Of a DNA stretch of 32,000 nt, positions 8,754 through 19,500 are shown in pieces (within the stretch, counting starts at the first letter, position 1; every line of letters begins with the position of its first letter). Origin of the DNA: Sinorhizobium meliloti (lineage in GTDB: Bacteria; Pseudomonadota; Alphaproteobacteria; Rhizobiales; Rhizobiaceae); NCBI RefSeq assembly GCF_017876815.1, contig NZ_JAGIOS010000001.1:3150001-3182000 (forward strand). Reading direction: 5' to 3'. Below the pieces are notes generated by a model. The model saw nothing but the letters and a program-made list of their open reading frames with translations, made no database searches and was not told the DNA's origin. The position numbers were made by a program, and so were the translations under genes.

Positions 8754-10607
8754 ATGTTCGGCTGGTTTGAATCCCGCCTCGATCCTTATCCGACGGAGGA
8801 GCCGACGCTTCCGCCGAAGGGTCTCTTTGCCTTTTGCTGGCACTACACCAAGCCCGCGGCTCCGTGGCTCTTGATCATGTCGATCTGCACCATGCTGATC
8901 GCGATCGGAGAAGTGGCCCTGTTCCAGTTCCTGGGCAATGTGGTCGATTGGCTATCCACCGCCGATCGCGAAACCTTTCTTGCGACCGAGGGCGGCAGGC
9001 TCGCCTGGATGGCAGCGCTGATCCTCATCGGCCTGCCGGGGCTGGTGGCGCTCGACTCCTTCGTGATGCATCAGGTGTTGCTCGGCAACTATCCGATGAT
9101 CGCGCGTTGGCAGATGCATCGCTATCTGCTGAGGCAGAGCATGACGTTCTTCGCCAACGAATTTGCCGGGCGGGTGGCGACGAAGGTCATGCAGACGTCG
9201 CTTGCCGTCCGTGAAACGGTGATGAAGATCCTCGACGTCTTCGTCTATGTGGTGAGTTATTTTGCGACGATGTTGATTGTCGTGGCGGCCGCTGATTGGC
9301 GCCTCGTGATGCCGCTCGGGTTGTGGCTCGTCATCTATATCGTGATCGTCACCTATTTCGTTCCGCGGCTGCAGAGGATCTCCAAGGAACAGGCCGACGC
9401 GCGCTCGATGATGACCGGGCGCATCGTCGACAGCTACACCAACATAGGCACGGTCAAGCTCTTCTCCCATGCAGGGCGGGAGGAGACATACGCCCGCGCG
9501 GGCATGGACGAATTCCTGGGCACTGTTTACCGGCAGATGCGGAAGGTTACGCTCTTCCACATATTCGTCTACGCAAACAACTGTATCGCCCTTTTCTCTG
9601 TCGGCGCTCTCGGAATCTATCTGTGGCTGACGAGCGGAATCTCCATCGGCGCGATCGCCGTCGCGATCGGTCTTGCCATGCGTGTCAACGGCATGTCGCA
9701 ATGGATCATGTGGGAAGTTTCGGCGCTGTTCGAGAATATCGGCACGGTCTATGACGGCATGGGCATGATGACCAAGGCGCATGACATCGTCGACAAGCCG
9801 ACTGCCGTGATGCTCAAAGCCGACCAGGGTGCGATCAGCTTCGAGGACATCCGCTTTCACTACGGTAAGTCCAAGGGAGTCATAGACCGGCTGTCGCTGG
9901 ATATCCGGCCCGGGGAGAAGATCGGTCTGGTCGGCCGCTCCGGCGCCGGCAAGACGACCTTGATGAACCTGCTTCTGCGCATCTACGATCTGGAATCCGG
10001 CGCGATCCGGATCGACGGCGTGGACATCTCGACGGTCACGCAGGATAGCCTGCGTTCACAGATCGGCGTCGTGACGCAGGACACGTCGCTCCTGCATCGC
10101 TCCATTCGCGACAACATCGCCTATGGGCACCCACAGGCAAGCGACGACGACATCATTGCCGCCGCGAAGAAAGCGAATGCCTGGGACTTCATCCAGACGC
10201 TCGAAGACAACATGGGCAGGCGAGGGCTCGACGCTCAGGTCGGCGAACGCGGCGTCAAGCTTTCGGGCGGCCAGCGGCAGAGGATTGCGATCGCCCGCGT
10301 TTTCCTGAAGGACGCACCGATCCTCATCCTCGACGAAGCGACCTCTGCGCTCGACTCGGAGGTAGAGGCCGCGATTCAGGAAAATCTCTTCGCGCTGATG
10401 TCCGGCAAGACGGTGATTGCCATCGCCCACCGCCTGTCCACGCTGACGGAGATGGATCGCCTGGTCATCCTCGAAGCCGGCCGGATCGTCGAGACCGGTT
10501 CTCACAGCGAACTCGTCGCCAGGCGCGGCATCTATGCCGATCTCTGGTCTCGCCAGTCCGGCGGCTTCATCGCCGACGAGGTCGAAAAGGAGGAGGCGGC
10601 GGAGTAA
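8754..10607 (+). CDS. ABC exporter, fused permease/ATP-binding protein (type I exporter, MsbA-like fold)
   Basis: An N-terminal six-helix transmembrane domain is followed by Walker A GRSGAGKTTL, signature LSGGQRQRIAIAR, Walker B ILILDEATSALD and H-loop AIAHRLST. Confidence 0.9.
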   Translation: MFGWFESRLDPYPTEEPTLPPKGLFAFCWHYTKPAAPWLLIMSICTMLIAIGEVALFQFLGNVVDWLSTADRETFLATEGGRLAWMAALILIGLPGLVALDSFVMHQVLLGNYPMIARWQMHRYLLRQSMTFFANEFAGRVATKVMQTSLAVRETVMKILDVFVYVVSYFATMLIVVAAADWRLVMPLGLWLVIYIVIVTYFVPRLQRISKEQADARSMMTGRIVDSYTNIGTVKLFSHAGREETYARAGMDEFLGTVYRQMRKVTLFHIFVYANNCIALFSVGALGIYLWLTSGISIGAIAVAIGLAMRVNGMSQWIMWEVSALFENIGTVYDGMGMMTKAHDIVDKPTAVMLKADQGAISFEDIRFHYGKSKGVIDRLSLDIRPGEKIGLVGRSGAGKTTLMNLLLRIYDLESGAIRIDGVDISTVTQDSLRSQIGVVTQDTSLLHRSIRDNIAYGHPQASDDDIIAAAKKANAWDFIQTLEDNMGRRGLDAQVGERGVKLSGGQRQRIAIARVFLKDAPILILDEATSALDSEVEAAIQENLFALMSGKTVIAIAHRLSTLTEMDRLVILEAGRIVETGSHSELVARRGIYADLWSRQSGGFIADEVEKEEAAE

Positions 10608-10723
10608 TCCGCCGCCTCCCGCGCCTCAGCGGGCCGAGTCCAGCGGTCCGGAGTTACGCAATTGTAATGGGCGCGACAGCGAAAACGGATTGCCCGGATT
10701 TCAGAACCGCCTATATCGGAACA

Positions 10724-12589
10724 ATGCTGCGCGCCATCGTCAAGATTTTCGAGAACTGGATTGACCCCTTTGCGCCGCGCGAGCGGTTGCAGCCGCCGCG
10801 AACGCTCTGGGGTTTTGCCTGGTTTTACGCCAGCCAGGCAAAAGGTCCTTTCCTCGCCATGGCCGTGCTCGGCGGTCTGGTGGCGATGCTGGAAGCCGGC
10901 CTGTTCTATTTCGTCGGCCGGCTTGTCGATGTGCTCGATACGATCCGGCCGGAGGACGGCTGGCACGGATTGATTTCGACCAACGGGCCGGAACTGCTCT
11001 TCATGCTGCTTACGGTCCTGGTGTTCCGCTTCCTTGCGGTGACGCTTGCCGCACTCGTGGAGGAGCAGTCGATCATCACGGGGTTCCTCAACCTGGTGCG
11101 CTGGCAATCCTATGTCCATGTCGCGCGGCAGTCGCTCGCCTTCTTTCAGAACGACTTTTCCGGGCGGATCGTTACCAAGGTCTGGACCGGCGCACAGGCG
11201 ACGAGCGACCTGATCGTCTCGCTGCTGCAGGTGGTCTGGTTCATCGTCATCTACACGGCTTCGACCATGGCGCTGATCGCCCAGTTGGACTGGCGGTTGG
11301 CGGCGATGGTCGCCTTCTGGATCGTGATCTTCCTGGTGCTCGCCCGCTATTTCGTCCCGCGTGTGCGAAAGCATGCCCGCGATACGGCGGAGATGGCGTC
11401 GATGCTGAACGGCCGCATGGTCGATGCCTATGCGAACATCCAGACTCTGAAGCTCTTCGGCAGTGACGAGGAGAACGATCGTTACATTCGGGGGGGCTTC
11501 CACCGCTTCCAGGGAGCAGTCATCCCTTTCACACGTCTGCTCACCGGGGTGAGGGCGTCGCTCGCGCTTTTGTCCGGCATGATGATCGCGGCGATCGCGG
11601 TCTACTCGGTTCACTTGTGGCTGGCGGGCGCGGTCAGTTCCGGCGCCGTCGCGTTCACCCTTGCGCTGGTCCTGCGCCTCAACATGCTGCTCGGGCGGAT
11701 GATGTCGCAATTCAATGCGATCATGCGCAATATCGGTACGATCCAGAATTCGGCCGAGCTGGTATCGCAGCCGATCGGGCTGACCGACCGGCCCGGCGCA
11801 CCGGAACTGCAGGTCAGCCGCCCGGAAATCCGCTTCGAACATGTGACGTTTCACTACGGCAGGGGCGGCGGGGTCATCGACGACTTTTCCCTCACCATCC
11901 GCCCGGGCGAGAAAGTCGGCATCGTCGGCCGTTCGGGTGCCGGCAAGTCGACCCTCGTCAATCTGCTGTTGCGCTTCTACGATCTCGAAGCCGGGCGAAT
12001 CCTCATCGACGGACAGGACATCGCTGCCGTCCGGCAGGAATCGCTGCGCAGCCAGATCGGCATGGTCAGCCAGGACACGTCGCTCCTGCACCGATCGATC
12101 CGCGACAATATCCTCTTCGGGCGACCGGGGGCGGGCGAGGAGCAGTTGATCGAGGCGGCGCGCAAGGCGGAAGCCTATGACTTCATCGTCGATCTCCAGG
12201 ATCAGCGCGGCCGTAGAGGCTTCGATGCACATGTGGGCGAGCGCGGAGTCAAGCTTTCCGGCGGCCAGCGCCAGCGTATCGCGATCGCCCGGGTCATGCT
12301 CAAGGATGCGCCGATTCTCGTGCTGGACGAGGCGACTTCGGCGCTCGATTCGGAAGTGGAAGCGGCGATCCAGTCCAATCTGGAGCGGCTGATGCAGGGC
12401 AAGACGGTGCTGGCCATCGCGCATCGGTTATCGACGATCGCGGCGCTCGACCGGCTCGTCGTCATGGACAGGGGCCGTATCGTCGAGGACGGCACGCATG
12501 CCGAACTGATCGCCAATGGTGGTCTCTACGCCGATCTCTGGTCGCGCCAGTCGGGCGGTTTCATCGCGCGCGAAGAGGCCGCGGAATAG
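10724..12589 (+). CDS. ABC exporter, fused permease/ATP-binding protein (paralogue of the preceding gene)
   Basis: Same architecture: GRSGAGKSTL, LSGGQRQRIAIAR, ILVLDEATSALD, AIAHRLST. I chose the ATG at 10724 because MLRAIVKIFENWIDPF aligns with MFGWFESRLDPYP of the upstream paralogue. The ATG at 10667 is an alternative. Confidence 0.85.
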   Translation: MLRAIVKIFENWIDPFAPRERLQPPRTLWGFAWFYASQAKGPFLAMAVLGGLVAMLEAGLFYFVGRLVDVLDTIRPEDGWHGLISTNGPELLFMLLTVLVFRFLAVTLAALVEEQSIITGFLNLVRWQSYVHVARQSLAFFQNDFSGRIVTKVWTGAQATSDLIVSLLQVVWFIVIYTASTMALIAQLDWRLAAMVAFWIVIFLVLARYFVPRVRKHARDTAEMASMLNGRMVDAYANIQTLKLFGSDEENDRYIRGGFHRFQGAVIPFTRLLTGVRASLALLSGMMIAAIAVYSVHLWLAGAVSSGAVAFTLALVLRLNMLLGRMMSQFNAIMRNIGTIQNSAELVSQPIGLTDRPGAPELQVSRPEIRFEHVTFHYGRGGGVIDDFSLTIRPGEKVGIVGRSGAGKSTLVNLLLRFYDLEAGRILIDGQDIAAVRQESLRSQIGMVSQDTSLLHRSIRDNILFGRPGAGEEQLIEAARKAEAYDFIVDLQDQRGRRGFDAHVGERGVKLSGGQRQRIAIARVMLKDAPILVLDEATSALDSEVEAAIQSNLERLMQGKTVLAIAHRLSTIAALDRLVVMDRGRIVEDGTHAELIANGGLYADLWSRQSGGFIAREEAAE

Positions 12590-12903
12590 GGCGCTCCGCG
12601 GTGCGGCTATAACCCGTCAAGTCCTTGTGCCAATTGGTCGCGCCTTTCCCCGCGACAATCTGCCCGCGGCCCCTTGTCAAGGCTGGACATAATCTGCGAT
12701 CAGGCATAGAACGCGCCGGATTGATGGGGAATCTGCGTGCAGAATTTTTCCCGGATTCTGACATCCGATCCGTGGCTTGCCTCAAGGGGCCGGATGGGGT
12801 GCCAGCGTTTGACGGGGCGTGATTCCAGGCTCGGGACGGGGCAGGAAGCGCGCCGGGGGCGGATGCGGTTTCCGCAACATTTGCGTGAGAGGATGTTTTA
12901 GCC

Positions 12904-13482
12904 GTGAGCGAACACGAGACTTCAAGCGAGACCATGGGCGAGCCCACTCGCCGCGATTTCCTATACCTGGCTACCGGTATGGCCGGCGTCGTCGGCGCCG
13001 GTGCGGCGGCATGGCCGTTCATCGACCAAATGCGTCCGGACGCATCCACGCTGGCGCTTGCTTCGATCGAAGTCGACGTTTCGAGCTTGCAGCCGGGCAT
13101 GTCGCTGACGGCGAAGTGGCGCGGCAGACCGGTCTTCATCCGCAACCGAACCGATAAGGAAGTGGAAGAGGCCAAGGCCGTCGCACTCGAAGAATTGAAG
13201 GATCCGGTGGCCCGCAACGCCAACCTTCCGGCCGATGCCGAGGCAAGCGATCTCGATCGTTCCGCCGGCGAAGGCAAGGAAAACTGGATCATCATGGTGG
13301 GTGTCTGCACCCATCTCGGTTGCGTGCCGCTCGGTCAGGCGGGCGACTTCGGCGGCTGGTTCTGTCCCTGCCACGGCTCGCACTACGACACGGCCGGCCG
13401 TATCCGCAAAGGCCCGGCACCGGAAAACCTCGCCGTGCCGACCTTCTCGTTCGTTTCCGACACAGTCATCAAGATCGGTTGA
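12904..13482 (+). CDS. petA: Ubiquinol-cytochrome c reductase Rieske iron-sulfur subunit
   Basis: Has a twin-arginine-like RRDFLY N-terminus and the Rieske boxes CTHLGCVP and CPCHGSHYD. The start is a GTG. Confidence 0.93.
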   Translation: MSEHETSSETMGEPTRRDFLYLATGMAGVVGAGAAAWPFIDQMRPDASTLALASIEVDVSSLQPGMSLTAKWRGRPVFIRNRTDKEVEEAKAVALEELKDPVARNANLPADAEASDLDRSAGEGKENWIIMVGVCTHLGCVPLGQAGDFGGWFCPCHGSHYDTAGRIRKGPAPENLAVPTFSFVSDTVIKIG

Positions 13483-13496
13483 GGGGACTACTGATA

Positions 13497-14777
13497 ATGA
13501 GTGCTGATCATTCAACCTACACGCCAACGACGGGCATCGAGAAGTGGGTTGACTCCCGTCTTCCTCTGCCCCGGCTCGTTCACGACTCGTTCGTCTCCTA
13601 TCCGGTTCCGCGCAACCTGAACTATGCTTACACCTTCGGTGCGATGCTCTCGGTGATGCTGATCGTGCAGATCCTCACCGGCATCGTCCTGGCCATGCAT
13701 TATGCCGCCGAAACGAGCGTCGCCTTCAATTCGGTCGAGAAGATCATGCGCGACGTCAATCACGGTTGGCTGCTGCGTTATCTGCACGCCAATGGCGCGT
13801 CGTTCTTCTTCATCGCGGTCTACCTGCATATCGCCCGCGGCCTCTATTACGGCTCCTACAAGGCGCCGCGAGAGATCCTCTGGATCCTCGGCGTGGTCAT
13901 CTATCTCCTGATGATGGCGACCGGCTTCATGGGCTATGTGCTGCCCTGGGGACAGATGTCCTTCTGGGGTGCAACCGTCATCACCGGCTTCTTCTCGGCC
14001 TTCCCGCTGGTAGGCGAGTGGATCCAGCAGTTCCTGCTCGGCGGTTTCGCCGTCGACCAGCCGACGCTGAACCGCTTCTTCTCGCTGCACTACCTTCTGC
14101 CCTTCATGATCGCCGGCGTCGTCGTCCTGCACATCTGGGCGCTGCACGTTACCGGCCAGACCAACCCGACCGGGGTAGAGGTCAAGTCCAAGTCCGACAC
14201 CGTGCCCTTCACGCCCTATGCGACGCTGAAGGATGCGCTCGGCGTATCGGTCTTCCTGATCGTCTATGCCTGGTTCGTCTTCTACATGCCGAACTTCCTC
14301 GGACACCCGGACAACTATATTCCGGCGGACGCGCTGAAGACCCCTGCTCATATCGTTCCGGAATGGTACTACCTGCCGTTCTACGCGATGCTGCGCGCGA
14401 TCACCTTCAACGTCGGCCCGATCGACTCCAAGCTCGGCGGCGTTCTGGTGATGTTCGGCTCGATCCTGATCCTGTTCTTCCTGCCCTGGCTCGATACGTC
14501 GAAGGTCCGGTCGGCCGTCTACCGCCCGTGGTACAAGCTGTTCTTCTGGATCTTCGTTGCTGACTGCATCCTGCTCGGCTGGCTGGGTTCGCGCCCGGCG
14601 GAAGGCCTCTATGTCGTGATGTCGCAGCTCGGCACGTTGTACTACTTCGCCTTCTTCCTCGTCATCATGCCGATCCTCGGTCTGATCGAGACGCCGAAGC
14701 GCATTCCGAACTCCATCACCGAAGCGGTGCTGGAAAAACAGAATGCCAAGGCGCAGTTGAAGCCCGCACGCGCCTGA
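13497..14777 (+). CDS. petB: Cytochrome b
   Basis: [23 protein letters not shown]..., [22 protein letters not shown] and [13 protein letters not shown] are classic cytochrome b motifs. The ATG at 13497 follows GAGGGG. The track ORF start at 13320 lies inside petA. Confidence 0.93.
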   Translation: MSADHSTYTPTTGIEKWVDSRLPLPRLVHDSFVSYPVPRNLNYAYTFGAMLSVMLIVQILTGIVLAMHYAAETSVAFNSVEKIMRDVNHGWLLRYLHANGASFFFIAVYLHIARGLYYGSYKAPREILWILGVVIYLLMMATGFMGYVLPWGQMSFWGATVITGFFSAFPLVGEWIQQFLLGGFAVDQPTLNRFFSLHYLLPFMIAGVVVLHIWALHVTGQTNPTGVEVKSKSDTVPFTPYATLKDALGVSVFLIVYAWFVFYMPNFLGHPDNYIPADALKTPAHIVPEWYYLPFYAMLRAITFNVGPIDSKLGGVLVMFGSILILFFLPWLDTSKVRSAVYRPWYKLFFWIFVADCILLGWLGSRPAEGLYVVMSQLGTLYYFAFFLVIMPILGLIETPKRIPNSITEAVLEKQNAKAQLKPARA

Positions 14778-14809
14778 CCGGAACAGCGATCGATAAGGAA
14801 TCCACAACA

Positions 14810-15685
14810 ATGAAAAAGCTTGTTACAGGCATTCTGTCACTCGCTGTCGTCGCCGGTCTCGGTTTGGGGGCGGCATTGGCCCAGGGAGAGGATGAGGGCG
14901 GCGAAGAGCACGCTGCCGGCGCCACGCCTCACTATCCGATCCACAAGCCGGAACAGCAGGACTGGACCTTTGCCGGCCTCTTCGGCCACTACGACAAGGG
15001 GCAGCTGCAGCGCGGCCTGAAGGTCTACACCGAGGTCTGTTCGGCCTGCCACTCGATGGAGCTCGTCTCCTTCCGCACGCTCGAGGACCTCGGTTACTCC
15101 GAAGCACAGGTGAAGGCCTTCGCAGCGAACTATGAAGTCGAGGACGGTCCGAACGCGGATGGCGAGATGTTCACCCGCAAAGCCGTTCCGTCCGATCACT
15201 TCCCGCCACCCTTCCCGAACAAGGAAGCGGCGGCTGCATCGAACAACGGCGCGGCACCGCCGGACTTCTCGCTGATCGCGAAGGCACGCGGCATCGAACG
15301 CGGCTTCCCGCAATTCGTCTTCGACATGTTCTGGCCCTACCAGGAAGGCGGTCCCGACTACATCCATGCGCTTCTGACCGGCTATCAGGATCCGCCGGCG
15401 GGCGTGGAAGTGGCCGAGGGCACGCACTACAACCCGTATTTCGCCAGCGCCGCGGCACTGGCGATGGCACCGCCGATCTCCGACGACCAGGTCACCTATG
15501 ACGACGGCGCCCCCCAGACCGTCGACCAGTACGCCAAGGACGTCTCCGCGTTCCTGATGTGGGCTGCCGAGCCGCACCTGGAAGATCGCAAGCGCACCGG
15601 CTTCATGGTCATGGTGTTCCTGCTCATCTTCACCGGCCTCATCTACCTGACGAAGAAGTCGGTCTACGCGAACAAGGAACATTGA
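14810..15685 (+). CDS. petC: Cytochrome c1
   Basis: Signal peptide, heme motif CSACHS, PPDFSLIAKAR, and a C-terminal transmembrane anchor. It is the third gene of the bc1 operon. Confidence 0.92.
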   Translation: MKKLVTGILSLAVVAGLGLGAALAQGEDEGGEEHAAGATPHYPIHKPEQQDWTFAGLFGHYDKGQLQRGLKVYTEVCSACHSMELVSFRTLEDLGYSEAQVKAFAANYEVEDGPNADGEMFTRKAVPSDHFPPPFPNKEAAAASNNGAAPPDFSLIAKARGIERGFPQFVFDMFWPYQEGGPDYIHALLTGYQDPPAGVEVAEGTHYNPYFASAAALAMAPPISDDQVTYDDGAPQTVDQYAKDVSAFLMWAAEPHLEDRKRTGFMVMVFLLIFTGLIYLTKKSVYANKEH

Positions 15686-15719
15686 TCCGTTTGCTGGTCA
15701 GCAGGCGCGATTGACAGGA

Positions 15720-15747
15720 AGCCTCGGTTTTTACCGGGGCTTTTTTG
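15720..15747 (+). terminator. Rho-independent terminator of the bc1 operon
   Basis: Stem AGCCTCGG / CCGGGGCT with one G-U pair and a 6-nt loop, followed by TTTTTTGTTG. It lies 35 nt after the petC stop. Confidence 0.75.
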
Positions 15748-15787
15748 TTGCGGGGCAGCCGATCGCTCGAGCAGTGCGTTCGCCGCC

Positions 15788-16363
15788 GCCCCTCATCCGC
15801 CTGCCGGCACCTTCTCCTCATTTCATGGCTACGGCATGCACATATCTCTTGCGGTCCGGTGCGGCGGATACTGCTCATGAAAGGATCCCTCGGGAACCCA
15901 ACCGCCTCAACCCCGCTCGGTCGGGGTTGCCCCTCAACCGGCTGCCGCCACCTTCTCCCCGCAGGCGGGGAGAAGGGATATGCCGCGCCCGCTCGCTCCC
16001 TCGGGCGGACGGTGAATGCGGGGTTCGGTTGGCGCCGCTTGTCCCTTCTCCCCGCCTGCGGGGAGAAGGTGCCGGCAGGCGGATGAGGGGCGGGTGACCG
16101 ATAATGCCAATGTCAGCGCATACGAGTTTGATCCCGAGGACCCATCCGCAAGCCTCGCCACTGCTGGAAATACAGATGCCGCCACTCCGGAGTAAGTCCG
16201 CGAGGGGCTGGACAACAAGAGATATGTGCATGCCGTAGCATCGAAATGGGGAGAAGGGACAAGCGGGGCGCCCTTCGCCCTGACCTGAATATGTGCGGAG
16301 CCTTGCCGCGAGTCCCCTTCGCCCCGCTTGCGGGGAGAAGGTGCCGGCAGGCGGATGAGGGGC
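15788..16363. repeat. Nest of rhizobial-type palindromic intergenic repeats (RIME/REP-like mosaic)
   Basis: The 30-mer GCCCCTCATCCGCCTGCCGGCACCTTCTCC (15788-15817) recurs inverted at 16062-16091 and 16334-16363. Three 12-bp-stem hairpins of the form CCTTCTCCCCGC-NN-GCGGGGAGAAGG lie at 15951-15976, 16044-16069 and 16316-16341. A roughly 34-bp arm at 15818-15851 is inverted at 16216-16248. Confidence 0.85.
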
Positions 16364-16389
16364 TGGAGCAGTCCACCTCATCCTCTTTA

Positions 16390-16454
16390 GATCACGATGA
16401 TTTTAGGTTGCAGGATGCGGGTCAAAGACCGCATACACTTTTCCTCATCCGCGC
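16390..16454 (-). repeat. Short copy of a two-hairpin intergenic repeat family (inverted relative to the copies at 23261 and 23798)
   Basis: GATCACGATGATTTTAGGT...GGATGCGGGTCAAAGACCGCATACACTTTTCCTCATCC matches the reverse complement of the ends of the elements at 23261-23372 and 23798-23912, with an internal deletion. Confidence 0.6.
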
Positions 16455-16461
16455 TAACCCA

Positions 16462-16495
16462 ATAAAAAACGGCCCCGTCTTGCGACGAGGCCGTT
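16462..16495 (-). terminator. Rho-independent terminator of the giant gene
   Basis: The minus strand reads AACGGCCTCGTCGCAAGACGGGGCCGTT followed by TTTTTTATT. It lies about 20 nt after the stop at 16516. Confidence 0.75.
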
Positions 16496-16515
16496 CCCGA
16501 GAGACCGATTGCGTG

Positions 16516-19500
16516 TCAGCTGAAGCGCCCTGCCGCGTGGGCAAGCATGGTGTAGACCTTGCCAGTATCGGACGTCAGATAGGTCTGCGTGATGCGCTTA
16601 TCCGGATCGTTGCGCGCCACATCGGCGAGCAGCTTCTCGAAATCGGCGATATACCGGTCGACGGCGGTGCGGAACTCCGGCTCGCGATCGTATTTGCGCT
16701 TGATCTCGTCGAAGGTCTGCTGCCCCTTCAGCGTGTAGAGCCGGCGGGTGAAGACGTCCCGTTCGCCGCGCTGATAGCGCCGCCAAAGCTCGACGGAAGC
16801 GTCGTGGTCGATCGCACGCGCAATGTCCACCGAGAGCGAATTCAGCGACTCGACCACATGGCGGGGGTTGCGGCTGTCCCCGGCCTTTGCGACCGGCTGG
16901 CTTTCTGCCGATCGCGGCCGTGCTGCTGCGGGCTCTTCCTCGCGGGACGCGGCGCGCAGGAGATCGCGCATCCAGCCGCCGCCTTCTTCGGCACGTTCCT
17001 CCGTTGCCGGCGGCCGGGCAGGCTGCAGCGGACGGGTGGCCTGCTCTATGCCCAGGCTTCCGCGCAGAGCGGCATTCGGGGCCGGCTGAGGTGCGGCAGG
17101 CTGCGGCGCGGCGACTTGCGGTGCGGCGGCTTGTGGGGCGACTACGCGGGCGGCCGGGGCAGCGGGGGCTTCCTGCTGGCGAACCGGCTGGGCGACTTCG
17201 AGCTGCGAGGACGACTTGCCGATGATCTCGGACAATTCCTGCAGCGCCTTGATCTGCTCGCCGACGGCGCGCCGCATCAGCGCGGCATTTTCCTTGGCCT
17301 CTTCCGGAAGGTCGAAAGCACCGCGCTTCAATTCTTCGCGGGTCATGTCGAGTTCCTTGCGGATTTCGCCGGCGGAACGACGGATGTCGTCGGTTGCGCC
17401 GTTGAAACGGCCGATCGCATCTTCGATCGCCTGGCGGACTGCTTCGCGCAGCTGCGCCGCGACGCCGTCGGACTTCTTGCCGCTCTCCGCCAGCATGCGC
17501 TCGACGTCGGAAACCGAGGCACCGATAGTGCCGCGCAGCCGCGACGCGGCGTCCTTGGCACGCTCTTCCACGGAGGCGAACGCTCCTTCGAGCGCCTGGC
17601 CGGCTTCCTCGCCGGTCTTTGCCATGACCTGACGCAGGGCCTCGGACGCGCTGAGTGCACGTCCCTCCACCTGCGAAAGCGTCTTGTTTGCGTCGGCGAA
17701 GGACGTTTCGACGCCGGAGCGCAGCCTGTCGGCGATCTGGCGTGAGCGTTCTTCGGCCTGCGAGAAGACCCCTTCGACCGAAGCGGCAGCTTCATCGCTC
17801 GCCTTCACAAGCGTATCGCGCAGGGCTTCGGCAGCCTCGGTTGCCCGCTGTTCGGTGTTCGACAGCAGTCGGCCCACATCGGAGAAGGAGGATTGGATGC
17901 CACTGCGCAGATTGCCGGCAACCTGGCCGGAGCGTTCCTCGGCGCGCTGGAACGCGCCGTCGACGAAGCCCTCGAGTGCCCGCATGGTCCGCTCGATCTC
18001 CTCCGAACGCTGGACGAGGCCGACAGACAGCGTCCGGAGAGCGTCCTGGCGCTCTTCGAGCGTGCTGACCAGGTTCGACTGGGCGGCGGCGAGGAGGTCG
18101 GAAGCCTGTCCGAGAACCTTCGAATGGTCTTCGAAGCGGCCGACGATGCCGCCGATCTGCGACAATGTCGAGGAGGAAATGTCCGACAGCTTGTCGACTT
18201 TGCCTTCGATCAGGCGGGTCGAGGTGGAGAGCATGTCGGAGGCTTGCCGCGCGGTCTCCGAGACCTTTGCGGCGGTCGCCTCGAGCCGCTGGTCCATATC
18301 TCCGAGATTGCCGCTCGCCTGGTCGATGACCGTGGCGATCGCCGAATTGCTTGACGCAAGCTGGTCGATCAGGCCCATGGCCGTCGATTGCAGCCGGTTC
18401 TCGACCATCTTCATCGCCTTGGCGGTCTCTTCGGCACGCAACGAGATGGCGTCGAGCGTCTCGCCGGTCCGTTCGGTGATGGCGTTGATGAGCGCGGCGT
18501 TTTCGGCACGCAGGCGGTCGGCGCTTTCCTGGGTGAGGGAAGCGATGCGCTCGGCCGCCTCCTTGCCGGTAGCGGCATATTGTTCGATAACCGGGCGAGC
18601 CTGCTCGTCGAGAAGACGCGACAATTCCATCGAGCGCCCGGCGAGCATCGAGTTGAGTTCGCGGGTGCTTTCGTCGAGCGTGCTGCGGATGGACTGACCG
18701 CGCGCATCGAGCGCTTTCTCCGCCTCGGTCAGGCTCTGCTGAATGCTCTTGGCATGGGTCGCGATCTGGCTGTTGGTCGAGGCCAGTCGGGCGGTCGCCG
18801 TGTCCGCGGCCTCCGCGACCGAGCGGGCGAGATCGGCGTGGCGTGCGGCCGTGGCCGATGCGGTTTGTTCGATCGACGATGCAAATTCGGCGTTGCTCGC
18901 CGCGAGCGCGCCGGCGAAATCCGCGCCCGCCTTGGACAGGAGCCCCGCCGACCGGGCGGCTTCCGCGTCGATCTCCTGGGTGGCGTCGCTGACGGCACCA
19001 CGCAGGCTGGTGACGAGCGCGGCGGCCTTCCCCTCGATCGTGCGGTTTACGTTTTCGAGGCCGATATTGAGGGCCCGGTCCATCGTGCCGAGCCGCTCCT
19101 CGATCCGGCCCGTGCCGGTTTCGATGGCAGTCGATATCCGCGTTGCCGCAGCCTCGCTGATCCGGTCGATCTCGCCTGCGCGCTCACCGAGACTGTCGGC
19201 GATCCGCTGTCCGGCATTGTCGACGATGGCATTGACGCTGCCGACGCTGTCGCGGATGCGCTCTTCCAGGGAGCCGAGGCTCGTTTCGATGCGGGCGCCG
19301 GTATCACCGAGAATGGCGTCGACGTCACCGACGCTGCCGCGGATGCGCTCTTCGAGCGAACCGAGGCTCGTTTCGATGCGGGAGCCGGTTTCGCCGAGAA
19401 TGGCGTCGACGTCGCCGACGCTGCCGCGGATGCGTTCTTCGAGCGAACCGAGGCTTGTCTCGATGCGAGCGCCGGTTTCGTCGAGGCGGCTATTGACGCC

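Noticed and set aside
10532-12424. A 630-aa minus-strand ORF, and similar long antisense ORFs (8952..9860, 13512..14810, 14837..15682, 26309..27088, 29677..30888)
   Set aside because: All are antisense to genes with unambiguous homology and motifs. Their Arg/Asp/His-rich low-complexity translations are stop-codon-poor antisense frames of GC-rich genes.
8754-12589. The tandem ABC exporters as a heterodimer with one degenerate ATP site
   Set aside because: Both nucleotide-binding domains carry fully canonical Walker A, signature, Walker B-Glu and H-loop motifs. Nothing in the sequence indicates an asymmetric or degenerate site, and no substrate can be inferred.
15951-16341. Three near-identical 26-bp palindromes considered as a possible CRISPR array
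   Set aside because: The spacing is irregular (about 93 and 272 bp), the units are themselves hairpins embedded in larger inverted repeats, and there are no cas genes. This is REP/RIME-type, not CRISPR.
15711-16381. ORFs of 87-168 aa in the petC/giant-gene intergenic region
   Set aside because: They are translations of the palindromic repeats. The same peptide, PAPSPRRRGEG, appears in both orientations, which is an artefact of the repeat family.
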